From an uncultured delta proteobacterium (lineage in GTDB: Bacteria; Desulfobacterota; Zymogenia; Zymogenales; Zymogenaceae): a DNA stretch of 64,000 nt. The translations under genes and the position numbers were made by a program. A model generated the notes under the pieces. The model had not been told where the DNA came from and did no database searches. It saw nothing but the letters and a program-made list of their open reading frames with translations. Location of the stretch: contig CAVTLK010000005.1 of the NCBI GenBank assembly GCA_963735595.1, positions 288,001 to 352,000 of the forward strand, written 5' to 3'. This document shows positions 10,363 to 20,444 of the stretch, piece by piece. Every line of letters starts with the position of its first letter. The first letter of the stretch is position 1.

Positions 10363-10896
10363 ATGCGCATCGTCGTCATATCCGACACCCACGGCAACCT
10401 CGACGGGGCGTCGCTCATCCTCTCGACGGTGGCCGCCGTTGACCTCGTTATCCATCTCGGCGACCACATCGCCGATATCTGGGCGCTGGCGGCTGACCTC
10501 CCGTGCCCCGTGGTGGGGGTTCTGGGAAACGAGGACCGGGCCGAGCCGGGGCCGAACGAACTGGTAATCCCTGCCGCGGGCCTTGAACTCCTTGCCGTCC
10601 ACGGCCACCTGTTTGACCTGAACCCCTATTTGCCGAAGGAGACCTGGGAGAGCCGCATGGACGGGCTGGCCGAGGCGGCAAGACGCCACGGCGCGGCGGC
10701 CGTCCTCTTCGGGCATACTCACCGGCCGCACCTGGAAGAGCGGGGCGGGGTCCTGCTGGTCAATCCCGGGGATATCTACCCCGGCGCCGATCATTCGTCG
10801 CTTGCCGTCCTGACGGTGACCGGCGGCACAATCACCGCCGAAATCCACCGGTTCGACCGGAAGTTCAACCGGGAGGTGTTGTATAAAACACCGTGA
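10363..10896 (+). CDS. YfcE-family metallophosphoesterase
   Basis: SDTHGN, HLGD, GNED, VHGH, FGHTH, NPG. Confidence 0.93.
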   Translation: MRIVVISDTHGNLDGASLILSTVAAVDLVIHLGDHIADIWALAADLPCPVVGVLGNEDRAEPGPNELVIPAAGLELLAVHGHLFDLNPYLPKETWESRMDGLAEAARRHGAAAVLFGHTHRPHLEERGGVLLVNPGDIYPGADHSSLAVLTVTGGTITAEIHRFDRKFNREVLYKTP

Positions 10897-10901
10897 TGTG
10901 T

Positions 10902-11093
10902 CGTCATTGCAAGGAGGCCGAAAACAGCGTGCTTCGCTCCGCTCGCAATGGGCTAAACCAATCCCCTGATTACTGGGCAGACAGTCGAGGTTGCCACGGG
11001 CGCTATCGCGCCCTCGCAATGACAATAATAATCGCCGCCGGAGGCGGCACGGTTAAAAGTTGCCACGCCCCCTAACGGGGGCTCGCAATGACG
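10902..11093. repeat. cluster of partial REP-like GTCATTGC..CTCGCAATGAC elements
   Basis: One left end (10902) and three CTCGCAATG right ends, two preceded by TTGCCACG-hairpin units (10991-11024, 11059-11093). Confidence 0.75.
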
Positions 11094-11113
11094 TGAGAGG
11101 GGTGGCGCGGCAA

Positions 11114-11752
11114 ATGGCAGAAAACAACGTATACCGGCGCTCTCGCGCGATCTCTCAGTTCCTCTTCTTACTCTTCCTGGCCTCCTGCGCCCCCGGTCCC
11201 TATCTCGTCTACTCCCCGCGTGACTCCTCGTTTGTCCCTCTTGCCTCGTCCTTCACTCCTCCGTCCGCGGTTGTCTCCGGCCTTCCGCCCGTCCCCGAAA
11301 CCTGGGAGGTTGTGGACGCCGCGGTTGCCGACGTCACCGGCGACGGCACGCCCGAGTGGGTGCTTGCCGTCCGCCGCCCCTGGCGAGACTGGCCGATTGT
11401 GACCTGGCACGGCGGGGAGAGCCCCATCGCGGAGTTCAGAGACCGGCAGGGCAAAAGCTCTCATCTGGTCCTCCTTACCCCGGAGGGACGCGAGATATGG
11501 GCCGGCTCGGCCCTGCCGCTGCCTATCAGGGAGCTTGCCGCCGGTGACATCGATGGGGACGGGGCGGCCGAGGTTGTGACGCTGGAGGCCGAATATACCG
11601 ATCATCCCCGCCGCCCGGCCCGCCGGATCGACGTCTGGCGGTGGGACTGCTTCGGCTTCGTCCTTATCCACCGCTCCGGGCAGGCGCGCTTGCGGGAACT
11701 CTACTTGTACGATCAGGATGCCGATGGTATACTTGATATCATTATTCGATAA
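11114..11752 (+). CDS. lipoprotein with DxxGDG (FG-GAP/VCBS-like) repeats
   Basis: Lipobox LASC; ADVTGDG, GDIDGDG, DQDADG motifs. Confidence 0.7.
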   Translation: MAENNVYRRSRAISQFLFLLFLASCAPGPYLVYSPRDSSFVPLASSFTPPSAVVSGLPPVPETWEVVDAAVADVTGDGTPEWVLAVRRPWRDWPIVTWHGGESPIAEFRDRQGKSSHLVLLTPEGREIWAGSALPLPIRELAAGDIDGDGAAEVVTLEAEYTDHPRRPARRIDVWRWDCFGFVLIHRSGQARLRELYLYDQDADGILDIIIR

Positions 11753-11768
11753 GAGACAGGGGGGTATC

Positions 11769-13854
11769 ATGAAAATGGATCACAGCATCTGGGGCCTGGT
11801 AGCGATTTCGGTCATCATCGGATCACTCGTCTTCGGCCTCGCAGTGCCGGTTGCCGAAGAGACGAAGACCCCGTTTTCTTCATATACACAGATCCCCGTC
11901 AATTTGCCCGCTTCCTACACGGGGTACGGGCTCCCGATCGACCGGGGCGATATCGCCAACCTGGGCCATTATACGCTTACCGAGGCAAAGGTATCAGCGC
12001 TCCTGAAGAACGGGTTTTTCGTAACGCCGGGGGCGTACAAGGAGTTCTTCCATCTCTACAATGAGGCCCCCTACAGCCAGAACCCCCCGTTCATCACCAC
12101 CGACTCCATGCTCCACGTCTTTCACCTCATCTTCGATAAGGTCCTGCGGGACCTGGAGCGCGAGCGCTTCTCGCCCGACCTGATCGCCCTCACGACGGCC
12201 TGCCGAAAAGAGGCCGAGGGCACGTATCGGACGCTCGCGGGCACGGCGATGGCCGAACCCGCCCGGCGGGTTCTGGCCTATTTTTCCACGGCCGAGAGCC
12301 TGCTGGTCGCCCGGCGCGCCGGTACCGGCGGAGGTGGCGGGGCTCGTCAAGGGAGAGCTCGCGCTCATCAACGGGGCCGCGGGCTTCGAGGAGAGCGTGA
12401 TCTTCCCGGAACTGGTCGAGGACTGGTCCCAGTATATCCCCCGCGGCCACTATACACAGAGCGATACCCTCCAACGATATTTCAGGGCGATGATGTACTA
12501 CGGGCGCATCACGTTTCGGCTCAAGGACAGGACCGAGACCGAATCGGCGCTGCTGGTCACCTACATCCTGACCCACGCGAAGGCCGCCGACGGTACGGCA
12601 GCATCCACGCTCTGGGAGAGGATATACGAGCCGACGTCGTTTTTCGTCGGCGGCTCGGACGACCCGTCGTTCAAGGAGTATACGGCCGTCGCCGACCGGG
12701 TCTTCGGCGCGGATGCCGCGCCTGTGAAATTCGCCGATGACGCGCTCCTGACCCAATTCATCGGCGAGGCCGCGAAGCTGCCCGCCCCGCGGATCAACTC
12801 GATGTGGGTGACGATTTTTGAGGACGAGGAGGAGGCCACCCGGGGATTCCGGTTCATGGGCAGCCGGTTTGTGATCGACGCCTTCATCTTCGAAAACCTG
12901 ATCTGGCGGCGCGTGGGGACGATGGATAACCCCCGCATGCTCCCCTCGCCGCTGGACGTGATGGCGGCGATGGGGTCGGCCGAGGCATACGCCATCCTCG
13001 ATAAAAAGGGGGAAACCGCGTACAAGAATTATCCCGAAAACATGGAGCGGATGAAGTCCGCCATCGCGGCGCTGTCGGCCCAGGAATGGACGCGCACCCT
13101 CTATTCGGCCTGGCTCTATGCGCTGATGCCGCTCCTTGAGGCAAAAGACGCCCGCTACCCCGCCTTCATGCGGACCACGCCCTGGGCGACCAAGAGCCTC
13201 AACTCGGCGGTCGGTTCCTATACCGAGCTGAAGCACGATACGATCCTCTACGCCAAGCAGGTCATGGCCGAGGCCGGGGGGGAGATGATCGAGCCGCTGA
13301 AGGGCTTTGTGGAGCCCGAGCCGCTGGTCTATTCCCGGCTGCTGTCGCTGGTGCGGATGATGAAGCAGGGGCTCGAAGGCAGGGGGATGCTGTCCGAAGA
13401 CCACGCGCGGATGATGGAAAACCTCGACAGCGACGTATCGTTTCTCCTGGACGTGTCGGTCAAGGAGCTGAACCGCCAGCCACTGGACGAGGCGGCCAAC
13501 GACCGGCTGATGTACTGGGGGGAGCACCTGGAATGGCTGACGCTGTCGGCCGCCGATACCGACGGGGAGGGGAGGCCCTATTTTGAGGATACGGACGCGG
13601 CGCTGGTGGCCGACGTTGCCACCGATCCCAACGGGGCGGTGCTCGAGCTTGCCATCGGCAGGATAAACGAGATCTACGTCGTGGTTCCGGACGGGACGGG
13701 CAAGCTGATGGTTACCCGGGGCGGGGTCTTCTCCACCTACGAGTTCACGGTGCCGCTGGCAGCCCGGATGACCGACGAGGCCTGGAAGGCGAGGCTGGCC
13801 GACGGCACGGCCCCGGTCGCGCCTGAATGGACGGGGGAGTTTATCGTCAGGTAG
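11769..13854 (+). CDS. DUF3160 domain exported protein (frameshift near 12306)
   Basis: FITTDSMLHVFH, DWSQYIPRGHYT, YFRAMMYYGR, SYTELKHDTILYAKQ, GFVEP; removing one base joins the two ORFs. Confidence 0.85.
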
Positions 13855-13872
13855 GGTTCAGACAAGACGCAA

Positions 13873-13915
13873 ACGGGCGGCCATTTCGACGGACGAAGTG
13901 GCCGCCCGTATCTTT
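13873..13915. terminator. hairpin between convergent genes
   Basis: ACGGGCGGCCA..TGGCCGCCCGT stem. Confidence 0.7.
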
Positions 13916-13970
13916 ATACATTCTGAGGCTCTGTAGGCGGCACCGCCTGTTCAAACACGTATCACACTAA

Positions 13971-15325
13971 CTACTGCCCGCTGATATCCAGCCCTTCCAC
14001 CAACAGCGACGGGGCGCCGACACCCCCGAAGAACCGGAGGTCGCTGCCCACGCGCACGACCCGGTCGAAGAGAGACACGAGGTCGCCGGCCACGGCGCCC
14101 TCCTTGAACGCGTATTTCTTCGTACCGTTTTCGCAGACAAACCCCACGGCGCCCACGGAAAACTCCCCGGTCACGGGGTTTGCCGTATGCACCCCCATCA
14201 GCTCGGTGATGACCACGCCCGGCCCGGCCTCCTTCAGGAGATCTTCGGGCGCGGCCTTACCCGGGAGGACGAAGAGGTTGGCCGTGCCCGGCGCGGGCGG
14301 GGAGGCAATCCCGTCTCTCCCGGAGCATCCCGTCGGCGGTTTTTTAGCCCGGTGCGCCGATAACAGGTCGTAGAGGAAGCCGCCGAGGATTCCGTCCTTC
14401 ACCAGCTCAATGCGCCGGCGGGCTACCCCCTCGTCATCGATGGGGGCGCTGGCGACCCCTCCCCTCAAGATGCCGTCGTCGACGACGGTGATGAGCGGCG
14501 AGAATATCCGCGAATTTTCCTTGCCGGCCAGCACCGTTTTTCCCTTGAGGACGTTTTCGGCCAGGAACGACGACGCGAGGACGCCGAGGAGCTCGGCGGC
14601 CACTTCGCTGGTCAGGAGCGCCGGGAACCGGCCCGTCGGGGCCGGGCGGGCGCCGAGGCGTTCGACCGCGATAATCCCCGCGCGCCTTCCCACGAGCGTC
14701 GGGTCAAGCCCGGCATAGGTGATCGAGTAGTCGCCGTCGTATCCCATCTCCTGGTCGCCCCCTTCTTCGGCCGTCGCCATGACCTGGGCGGTGACGACGC
14801 TCTTCTTATAGCCCGCCGAAAGGCCGAGGGAATTCATGATGTAGACCTCGGATACCGACTCGGCATAGTGGGCGCCGCGCACGCGGACCACCCGGGGGTC
14901 GGCCGAAAGCGCGCCCTCCTCCACGGCCAGCGCCCGCTGATTTTTTCCGCCAATGGTATACCGAATCGATCGTCTCGTCGCAGAGGGGGCCCGTTTCGGG
15001 AAGGCGGTCCGTCGGCTCGGCGAACGCGTAGTGCTCGTCGGGGGTGGAGTGGCGGGCTCCCTCGAAGGCGGCGGCGACCATGAGTTCTACGGCGGCCTCA
15101 TCGGGCCGGGTCGAAAACGAAAACCCCATGCCGCCCCCGGCGATGATCCGCAGCGCCACGCCGTAGGGTTCGGCAAACCGGTAATCCTCGACCGCGCCTT
15201 TCTCGGCCTCGATCGAGAGGCGCCGCGACGCGCTGTAGAAGACCTCATAGCAGGTCGACCTGCCGTTTCTTGAGGGCCGTAACGATGGATTGGGAGATAC
15301 GGCCGAAGTTCTGTTTGTGATCCAT
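13971..15325 (-). CDS. pmbA: TldD/PmbA-family protein, PmbA-like (frameshifts near 15253 and 14950)
   Basis: GVALRII..GFSFS N-part; DDEGV, MGVHTANPVTGEFS, APSLLV; no HExxH seen. Confidence 0.85.
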
Positions 15326-15548
15326 TGAGGACCCCTCTCGTAAATACCAGGACGCGATCATATCAGAGGCGACGCGGCCTGTCAAATGGATGGTCTTACG
15401 TCCCCGGTTGATTCCGGTTGCCGCGCCGGGCCGTTTCGGGTATACTGTCGTTTCTGCGTCATTTTGTCGGTGCGGGCGCCGAGGACCGATTCGAAACACG
15501 GTCGTTTCCGTCGGCGGATGCTTTCTCAGGACTACATAAACAACTCCA

Positions 15549-16253
15549 ATGCGTACCATGCCGAATCGCCGGACCGTCCAAGCCCTCTTCGCCCAGATCG
15601 CGGGCCGCTACGACCTGCTCAACCATGTCCTGTCCTGTTCAATTGACCGGCTCTGGCGCCGGCGGCTCGTCAAACTGGCCGCGGCGCATGGCGATATCCG
15701 CTCGGTCCTCGATGTATGCTGCGGCACCGGCGATATTGCCCTGGCTTTTCGACGGGCCGGCCGCGCGCGGGTTATCGGTATCGATTTTTCGCGGGAAATG
15801 CTCTCGGTGGCGGCACAAAAAGCAAAAGACCGGCGCGCCGGCGGGGGTATCGACCTTATCTGCGCGGACGCGACGGCGCTCCCGGTTGGCGACGGCGCCT
15901 TTGACGTCGTGACGATGGGCTTCGGGCTGAGGAACCTTGCCGACTACCGCGCGGGGATAGCAGAGGCGGCCCGGGCCGTGAGGCCGGGGGGCAGGGTACT
16001 GATACTCGAGTTCGCACCGCCCAAAAACAGCGGCGTCCTGTTTTTCTACCGCCTCTATCTGCGGTTCGCGATCCCGATCATCGGGGGGCTATTGACCGGC
16101 AGGCGGTCGGCCTATGAACACCTGTCGGATACCATAGCGGGTTTTTTAGAGCCCCGTGAGGTTACGGGGATGATGGCGGACTGCGGCCTGAGAAATACTG
16201 ATGCTATCCGGTTGACCGGAGGGATTGCATATATATATAATGGGGAAAAGTAA
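15549..16253 (+). CDS. ubiE: ubiquinone/menaquinone C-methyltransferase UbiE/MenG
   Basis: IAGRYDLLNHVLS, LDVCCGTGD, GFGLRNL, ILEF. Confidence 0.92.
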   Translation: MRTMPNRRTVQALFAQIAGRYDLLNHVLSCSIDRLWRRRLVKLAAAHGDIRSVLDVCCGTGDIALAFRRAGRARVIGIDFSREMLSVAAQKAKDRRAGGGIDLICADATALPVGDGAFDVVTMGFGLRNLADYRAGIAEAARAVRPGGRVLILEFAPPKNSGVLFFYRLYLRFAIPIIGGLLTGRRSAYEHLSDTIAGFLEPREVTGMMADCGLRNTDAIRLTGGIAYIYNGEK

Positions 16254-16328
16254 CATTGCAGGTTTCCTTTTTATTGCGGAAATAGTATAATACCCTTGTT
16301 TATAGGAATTCGGATCATCGGAAGAGAT

Positions 16329-16949
16329 ATGGATTGTTTATTGAAAACGGATGCAAATACGGTGACGATAGTTGCATCGTTTGTATCTTTGGTCATTGGC
16401 GTGATCGCCTCGTATTTATTCTATAAACTCAGCAAACCCGGTAGGAATACAAAAGCGTATAAACTATTGAGGGGGTTTAGCAGTTTCCTGGGCGACCCAC
16501 TCGGGGAATATTACTTTACCAGCTCAAAGGAATATAACTATAGAGTTGCGAAATACATCTACGAAAACGCCGATGGGCAGATAATCGCAACCTCCTTCAA
16601 TGAAGACCCCTCGGAATATGGGAAGAATGATCTATCGATATCTATCAAAGATAAGACTAACTTCACCAGGCTCACAAACGGAGAGGTCTGCGACAAGGAA
16701 TCGGAAAAGAGAGTTAAAAATAGTATATCGCGATTCCTCAAGGGAAGTTCCTTCGTGGTCATCCCGAAAGGTCTATCGTATACCCGAATTGATGGTATAT
16801 TCTGCAAGTTCGGAGACGGTAGTTACTTAACCTTTTTCGCTTTCCGAGATCCCGAGGACACTCAGAAGAACAAAGGTGTCATTTTTCGCAACGGCATTGC
16901 GGAGAGCTACTTCGACTATTATGAAAAACTTATTGAACAGTATAAATAA
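16329..16949 (+). CDS. AT-rich hypothetical protein with one N-terminal TM helix
   Basis: Long ORF in low-GC DNA; TM VTIVASFVSLVIGVIASYLFY. Confidence 0.7.
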   Translation: MDCLLKTDANTVTIVASFVSLVIGVIASYLFYKLSKPGRNTKAYKLLRGFSSFLGDPLGEYYFTSSKEYNYRVAKYIYENADGQIIATSFNEDPSEYGKNDLSISIKDKTNFTRLTNGEVCDKESEKRVKNSISRFLKGSSFVVIPKGLSYTRIDGIFCKFGDGSYLTFFAFRDPEDTQKNKGVIFRNGIAESYFDYYEKLIEQYK

Positions 16950-17102
16950 GCACTCCTTTTCCCCGTCGCCGTTATCACAGATTCGATCGCCCCAGACCTA
17001 ATCCGCCTCAGACAGGGTCGTACGGTGGGGTCTTATGGCCGGCGCTACGGCCGGCGTAATTGCGATCAAAACCTCCGACGAAGCCCATCGAAAAATTTGT
17101 TA

Positions 17103-17130
17103 TTGACTGGCCGGCCCATTGTGCTACAAT
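17103..17130 (+). promoter_or_regulatory. sigma70-type promoter
   Basis: TTGACT-16 nt-TACAAT with upstream TG. Confidence 0.55.
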
Positions 17131-17159
17131 AATACCCCCCACAAACAAACGGCACGACT

Positions 17160-18314
17160 ATGGATGTACGCCTGCAGCAAAAGCAGGAAGAGCGCCTGCC
17201 GGTCGGCACCATCCTCTGGAAGCGGAGGCTTTCGGAGGGGGTGTCCAACCCGATGGCGATCGTCGACCGATATCTGATCCTCGAATCGGAGGGATACCTC
17301 TACGCGTTCAACGCGGTCAACGGCACGATGGCCGACGAAGCCGAATACAGCCAGCGGATGAAGGGAAGGGACGCCCATTATTTTTCCTTCTCCGGCCTGG
17401 CCTCTTCGGAGTTCGCGCCTGCCGACGACACGGCCCAGGCCCACCGGCCGGCGATAAACCGGATATGGGACCTGGCCTCCAGCCGGCAGATATACACGAA
17501 AAACAGCGGTATCGCCGGCGCCCCTCTTATGATCGGCGACAGGGTCTTCTTCGGGTTCGTTAACGAGTGGGGCCGGACGTCCGTGATCGCGTTTGACCTG
17601 GCGCGGCGGCGCGTTGTGTGGGAACGGGAGATGGATGGGCATCGAATCATCCTGAAGTTTCCCCCCGTATCCGACGGCGAAAAGATTTACTTCAGGACGC
17701 TCTCCCACCTCGTTGCAGTTTGGGCGGTTGACGGGCGCACCGCGTGGATTACAAAGCTGACCGGTAAGGAGAAAGAAGAGGGATACCGGGACGTCATCTA
17801 TTTTTCGGCGCCGTTGATTCATGACGGGACGGTCTACCTCCTCAGAGACGAATACCTCATCCCTTATAGAACCAAGAACGGGCAGACCCATTACAACTCA
17901 TGGCGCCGGTACCTGGGCTCTATCGGGCTCAACGCGGTGGAGGCCGCGTCGGTCCCGATCGTTTCGAGGGGCACCATGTATACTGCGGGGGGGCTCACTT
18001 TCGTCAACGGGAACATACGGACGGCTTCCGGAGACCCCGGCGGGTACTCGCGTATTGCGGCGGTCGACCTTTCCGAAAAACGGACCCTCTGGGAGGCGGA
18101 TATTGACAGGATGAATATCCGTAAGGTGGTACTCGCCGGGAAGTTCCTGATTATTGCCGACAATCATGGCTGGGTACAATGCCTCTCGTCGGCAACCGGA
18201 AGGTCGCTCTGGTGTATTGAGCTTGAGGGCGGAATATGGATCAATCCGGTCGTCTACTTCGGGAGGGTCTTCTTCGGGACGGATCAAGGCTGGCTCTACT
18301 GCATTGCCCTGTAG
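17160..18314 (+). CDS. PQQ-like/BamB-like beta-propeller repeat protein
   Basis: Repeated A-x-D/N-xx-G-xx-W blades; ends VFFGTDQGWLYCI; no obvious signal peptide. Confidence 0.75.
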   Translation: MDVRLQQKQEERLPVGTILWKRRLSEGVSNPMAIVDRYLILESEGYLYAFNAVNGTMADEAEYSQRMKGRDAHYFSFSGLASSEFAPADDTAQAHRPAINRIWDLASSRQIYTKNSGIAGAPLMIGDRVFFGFVNEWGRTSVIAFDLARRRVVWEREMDGHRIILKFPPVSDGEKIYFRTLSHLVAVWAVDGRTAWITKLTGKEKEEGYRDVIYFSAPLIHDGTVYLLRDEYLIPYRTKNGQTHYNSWRRYLGSIGLNAVEAASVPIVSRGTMYTAGGLTFVNGNIRTASGDPGGYSRIAAVDLSEKRTLWEADIDRMNIRKVVLAGKFLIIADNHGWVQCLSSATGRSLWCIELEGGIWINPVVYFGRVFFGTDQGWLYCIAL

Positions 18315-18491
18315 ATCTCCTCGGCCCCGGGCGCTCTTCCCGGTTTATGAGGATCATGACCTTCGTAACCCCTTTCTCTCGTAAATCCTCTTCGACGCCT
18401 TTGCCGAATGTGACCGGTATCATAGAATTTGAATCAGAAAGGGGCTACTATCATCATAGAGGTATGCAGTAATGCGAAAGGAGGCACGGGT

Positions 18492-19049
18492 ATGACGGTT
18501 TTAATGAAGACAAAAGGCATTGTTGTCATCCTCGGCGTGCTCTCCCTGTTGGTTTCCGGCTGTTACTACGGCAGGGGGCTCACGTATGCCGAGGGTGGGA
18601 CCCTTATGGGCGCGCTCTACGGTGCGGGATTGGGAGCCGCGATCGGCTCCGCGACCGGGCATGCCGGGGAGGGCGCGGGAATCGGCGCACTGGCGGGTTC
18701 TCTGATCGGCGGCGCCATCGGGTACGGCATGGAAGGCCCGTACCGAGACGGATACTCAGATCGGCACAATGACCCCTATTACAATGACCCCTATTATGAT
18801 GATCCTTACTATGGGCGTAATTACGACCCTTACTCCCGGCACCCGGATTACCGTGGGGACCGCGGCGCCCCGCCGGCTTACGATCCGTACTATCGGCAGG
18901 ATCCCGCGTACGATACGGGCGGTTACGATCCGATTCCCTATGAGGACGATACGTACGACTCGGCGGATACCGGCACGCCGGTATATTCCGAGGAGTATTA
19001 TCAGAAACAGAATCGGAGAGTAATGTCCCCCGGTTACGACACGCAGTAA
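18492..19049 (+). CDS. glycine-zipper lipoprotein with Tyr/Asp/Pro-rich tail
   Basis: Lipobox VSGC; GAGLGAAIG..GAGIGALAG; repeated DPY(Y). Confidence 0.8.
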   Translation: MTVLMKTKGIVVILGVLSLLVSGCYYGRGLTYAEGGTLMGALYGAGLGAAIGSATGHAGEGAGIGALAGSLIGGAIGYGMEGPYRDGYSDRHNDPYYNDPYYDDPYYGRNYDPYSRHPDYRGDRGAPPAYDPYYRQDPAYDTGGYDPIPYEDDTYDSADTGTPVYSEEYYQKQNRRVMSPGYDTQ

Positions 19050-19077
19050 TACTTTTAAAAACAAGGAGGAAATCGCC

Positions 19078-19731
19078 ATGAACTGGATATATGTTAATAA
19101 GAAACGTTTCTCGCTTTGGACACTGGGGACCGTGCTGGTCTTCCTGGTGGCCTCATGTGCCCCCGGAGGCGGGCTTACCAAGACCGGCAGCGGCGTTTTG
19201 ATCGGCACCGTCGTCGGCGCGGGGTTGGGGGCGGCTATCGGCTCCACGACCGGGCACACCGGCGAAGGGGCGGCCATCGGCGCGGTGAGCGGGGCGTTGG
19301 TCGGCGGCGTTATCGGGTACGCCCTCGAAAAGCAGGAGCAGGACCTGAAGAACATGGGATACGAAACATCCCGTAACGGCGACCGCGTTACCGCTTATTT
19401 CCCGAACGATACCCTGTTTGCCACGGGCAGTTCCGAGTTGATGCCCGGAGCCTACGCCGAGCTGCAGCGGGTGGCCGGCGTCATCAACAGCGATCCGGGC
19501 ACCTCGGTAATCGTCGAAGGACATACCGACAGCGACGGAACCCGGGAATACAACCAGGTCCTTTCGGAGCGGCGCGCCAATGCAGTCAGGACCGCCCTGA
19601 TCTCGTACGGTGTCGATCCGCGGAGGATCACCGCATACGGCTACGGCGAAGACCGCCCGCTGGTCCCCAACGATACCGGCTATAACAAACAGCGCAACCG
19701 CCGCGTGGAGGTTGTGTTAATTGCCCGGTAA
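19078..19731 (+). CDS. OmpA-family lipoprotein with glycine zipper (YiaD-like)
   Basis: Lipobox VASC; VEGHTD, NQVLSERRA, NRRVE. Confidence 0.93.
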   Translation: MNWIYVNKKRFSLWTLGTVLVFLVASCAPGGGLTKTGSGVLIGTVVGAGLGAAIGSTTGHTGEGAAIGAVSGALVGGVIGYALEKQEQDLKNMGYETSRNGDRVTAYFPNDTLFATGSSELMPGAYAELQRVAGVINSDPGTSVIVEGHTDSDGTREYNQVLSERRANAVRTALISYGVDPRRITAYGYGEDRPLVPNDTGYNKQRNRRVEVVLIAR

Positions 19732-19756
19732 GTGCCGCTTTCACCAGTCAACAATC

Positions 19757-19786
19757 AGGCCCCGCAGCGTCGCGGGGCCTTTTTTT
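19757..19786 (+). terminator. intrinsic terminator
   Basis: AGGCCCCGC..GCGGGGCCT stem followed by a T tract. Confidence 0.9.
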
Positions 19787-19851
19787 GGTTTCGGAGAGGT
19801 ATCCTTTGTAGTATATATAAATATAGTATCCGACCGATGGTGAGGTAATCG

Positions 19852-20334
19852 ATGAAAAAGACCATCTTTCGTATCGCGCGGGCCGCCGCCATTGTTGCCA
19901 TTGCTGCCATGGCCGCCATGGCCGTCATTCTCGGCTGCACGACGGTGTCAACGAGCGGCGGGCCCGAGACCGCCCCGGCCGATCTATCCGCCGCCGTCAT
20001 GGGCAGGCTCGTGAGCGCCTATGAGCAGCGCGACGCGCAGGGATTCATGACGCTGGTCTCGGTCCGATATCTGGGGGGCTTCGAGGATCTCCAGACAGCC
20101 CTCGAAGATAGCCTGAAAACGACGGTCTCGATTGAGCTGGACGTGAGACCGGAGCGAATCTGGGAATCCGAGGACGGCATGATCTTCATGGATGCCGGCT
20201 GGAGCAAGGCGATTACACGGAGGGACGCCCCGGGCGTCGAAATCACGTTCGGGAGGGTCACCGCTATCTTCATCCGATATAAAGCCGACGTCATCAAGCT
20301 CTTTGCCCAGAAGGGTGATCCGGTATTTCCCTGA
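19852..20334 (+). CDS. hypothetical lipoprotein
   Basis: Lipobox ILGC; GAGG RBS; possibly NTF2-like. Confidence 0.7.
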   Translation: MKKTIFRIARAAAIVAIAAMAAMAVILGCTTVSTSGGPETAPADLSAAVMGRLVSAYEQRDAQGFMTLVSVRYLGGFEDLQTALEDSLKTTVSIELDVRPERIWESEDGMIFMDAGWSKAITRRDAPGVEITFGRVTAIFIRYKADVIKLFAQKGDPVFP

Positions 20335-20372
20335 AACGACGGTTTCGTGATTTCGTCGGCGGTCCGGCCGGG

Positions 20373-20414
20373 CACGCGCTATACGCCGTACGCTATACGC
20401 TATGGGCTCTGGGC
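20373..20414. repeat. six degenerate tandem heptamers
   Basis: cacgcgc tatacgc cgtacgc tatacgc tatgggc tctgggc. Confidence 0.6.
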
Positions 20415-20444
20415 CGCGTCGTCCGTAACCGCTGAATCGCACTA

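Noticed and set aside
15245..15247. TGA early in pmbA as possible selenocysteine or readthrough
   Set aside because: Homology continues in a different frame, so it is a frameshift, not an in-frame stop
18768..18910. Short direct repeats that could suggest a CRISPR array
   Set aside because: They are in-frame coding repeats (DPYY) without unique spacers, and no cas genes are present
19888..19929. 9-nt GCCATn repeats in a lipoprotein signal peptide as a phase-variation tract
   Set aside because: The unit is a multiple of three and degenerate, so it would only change signal peptide length
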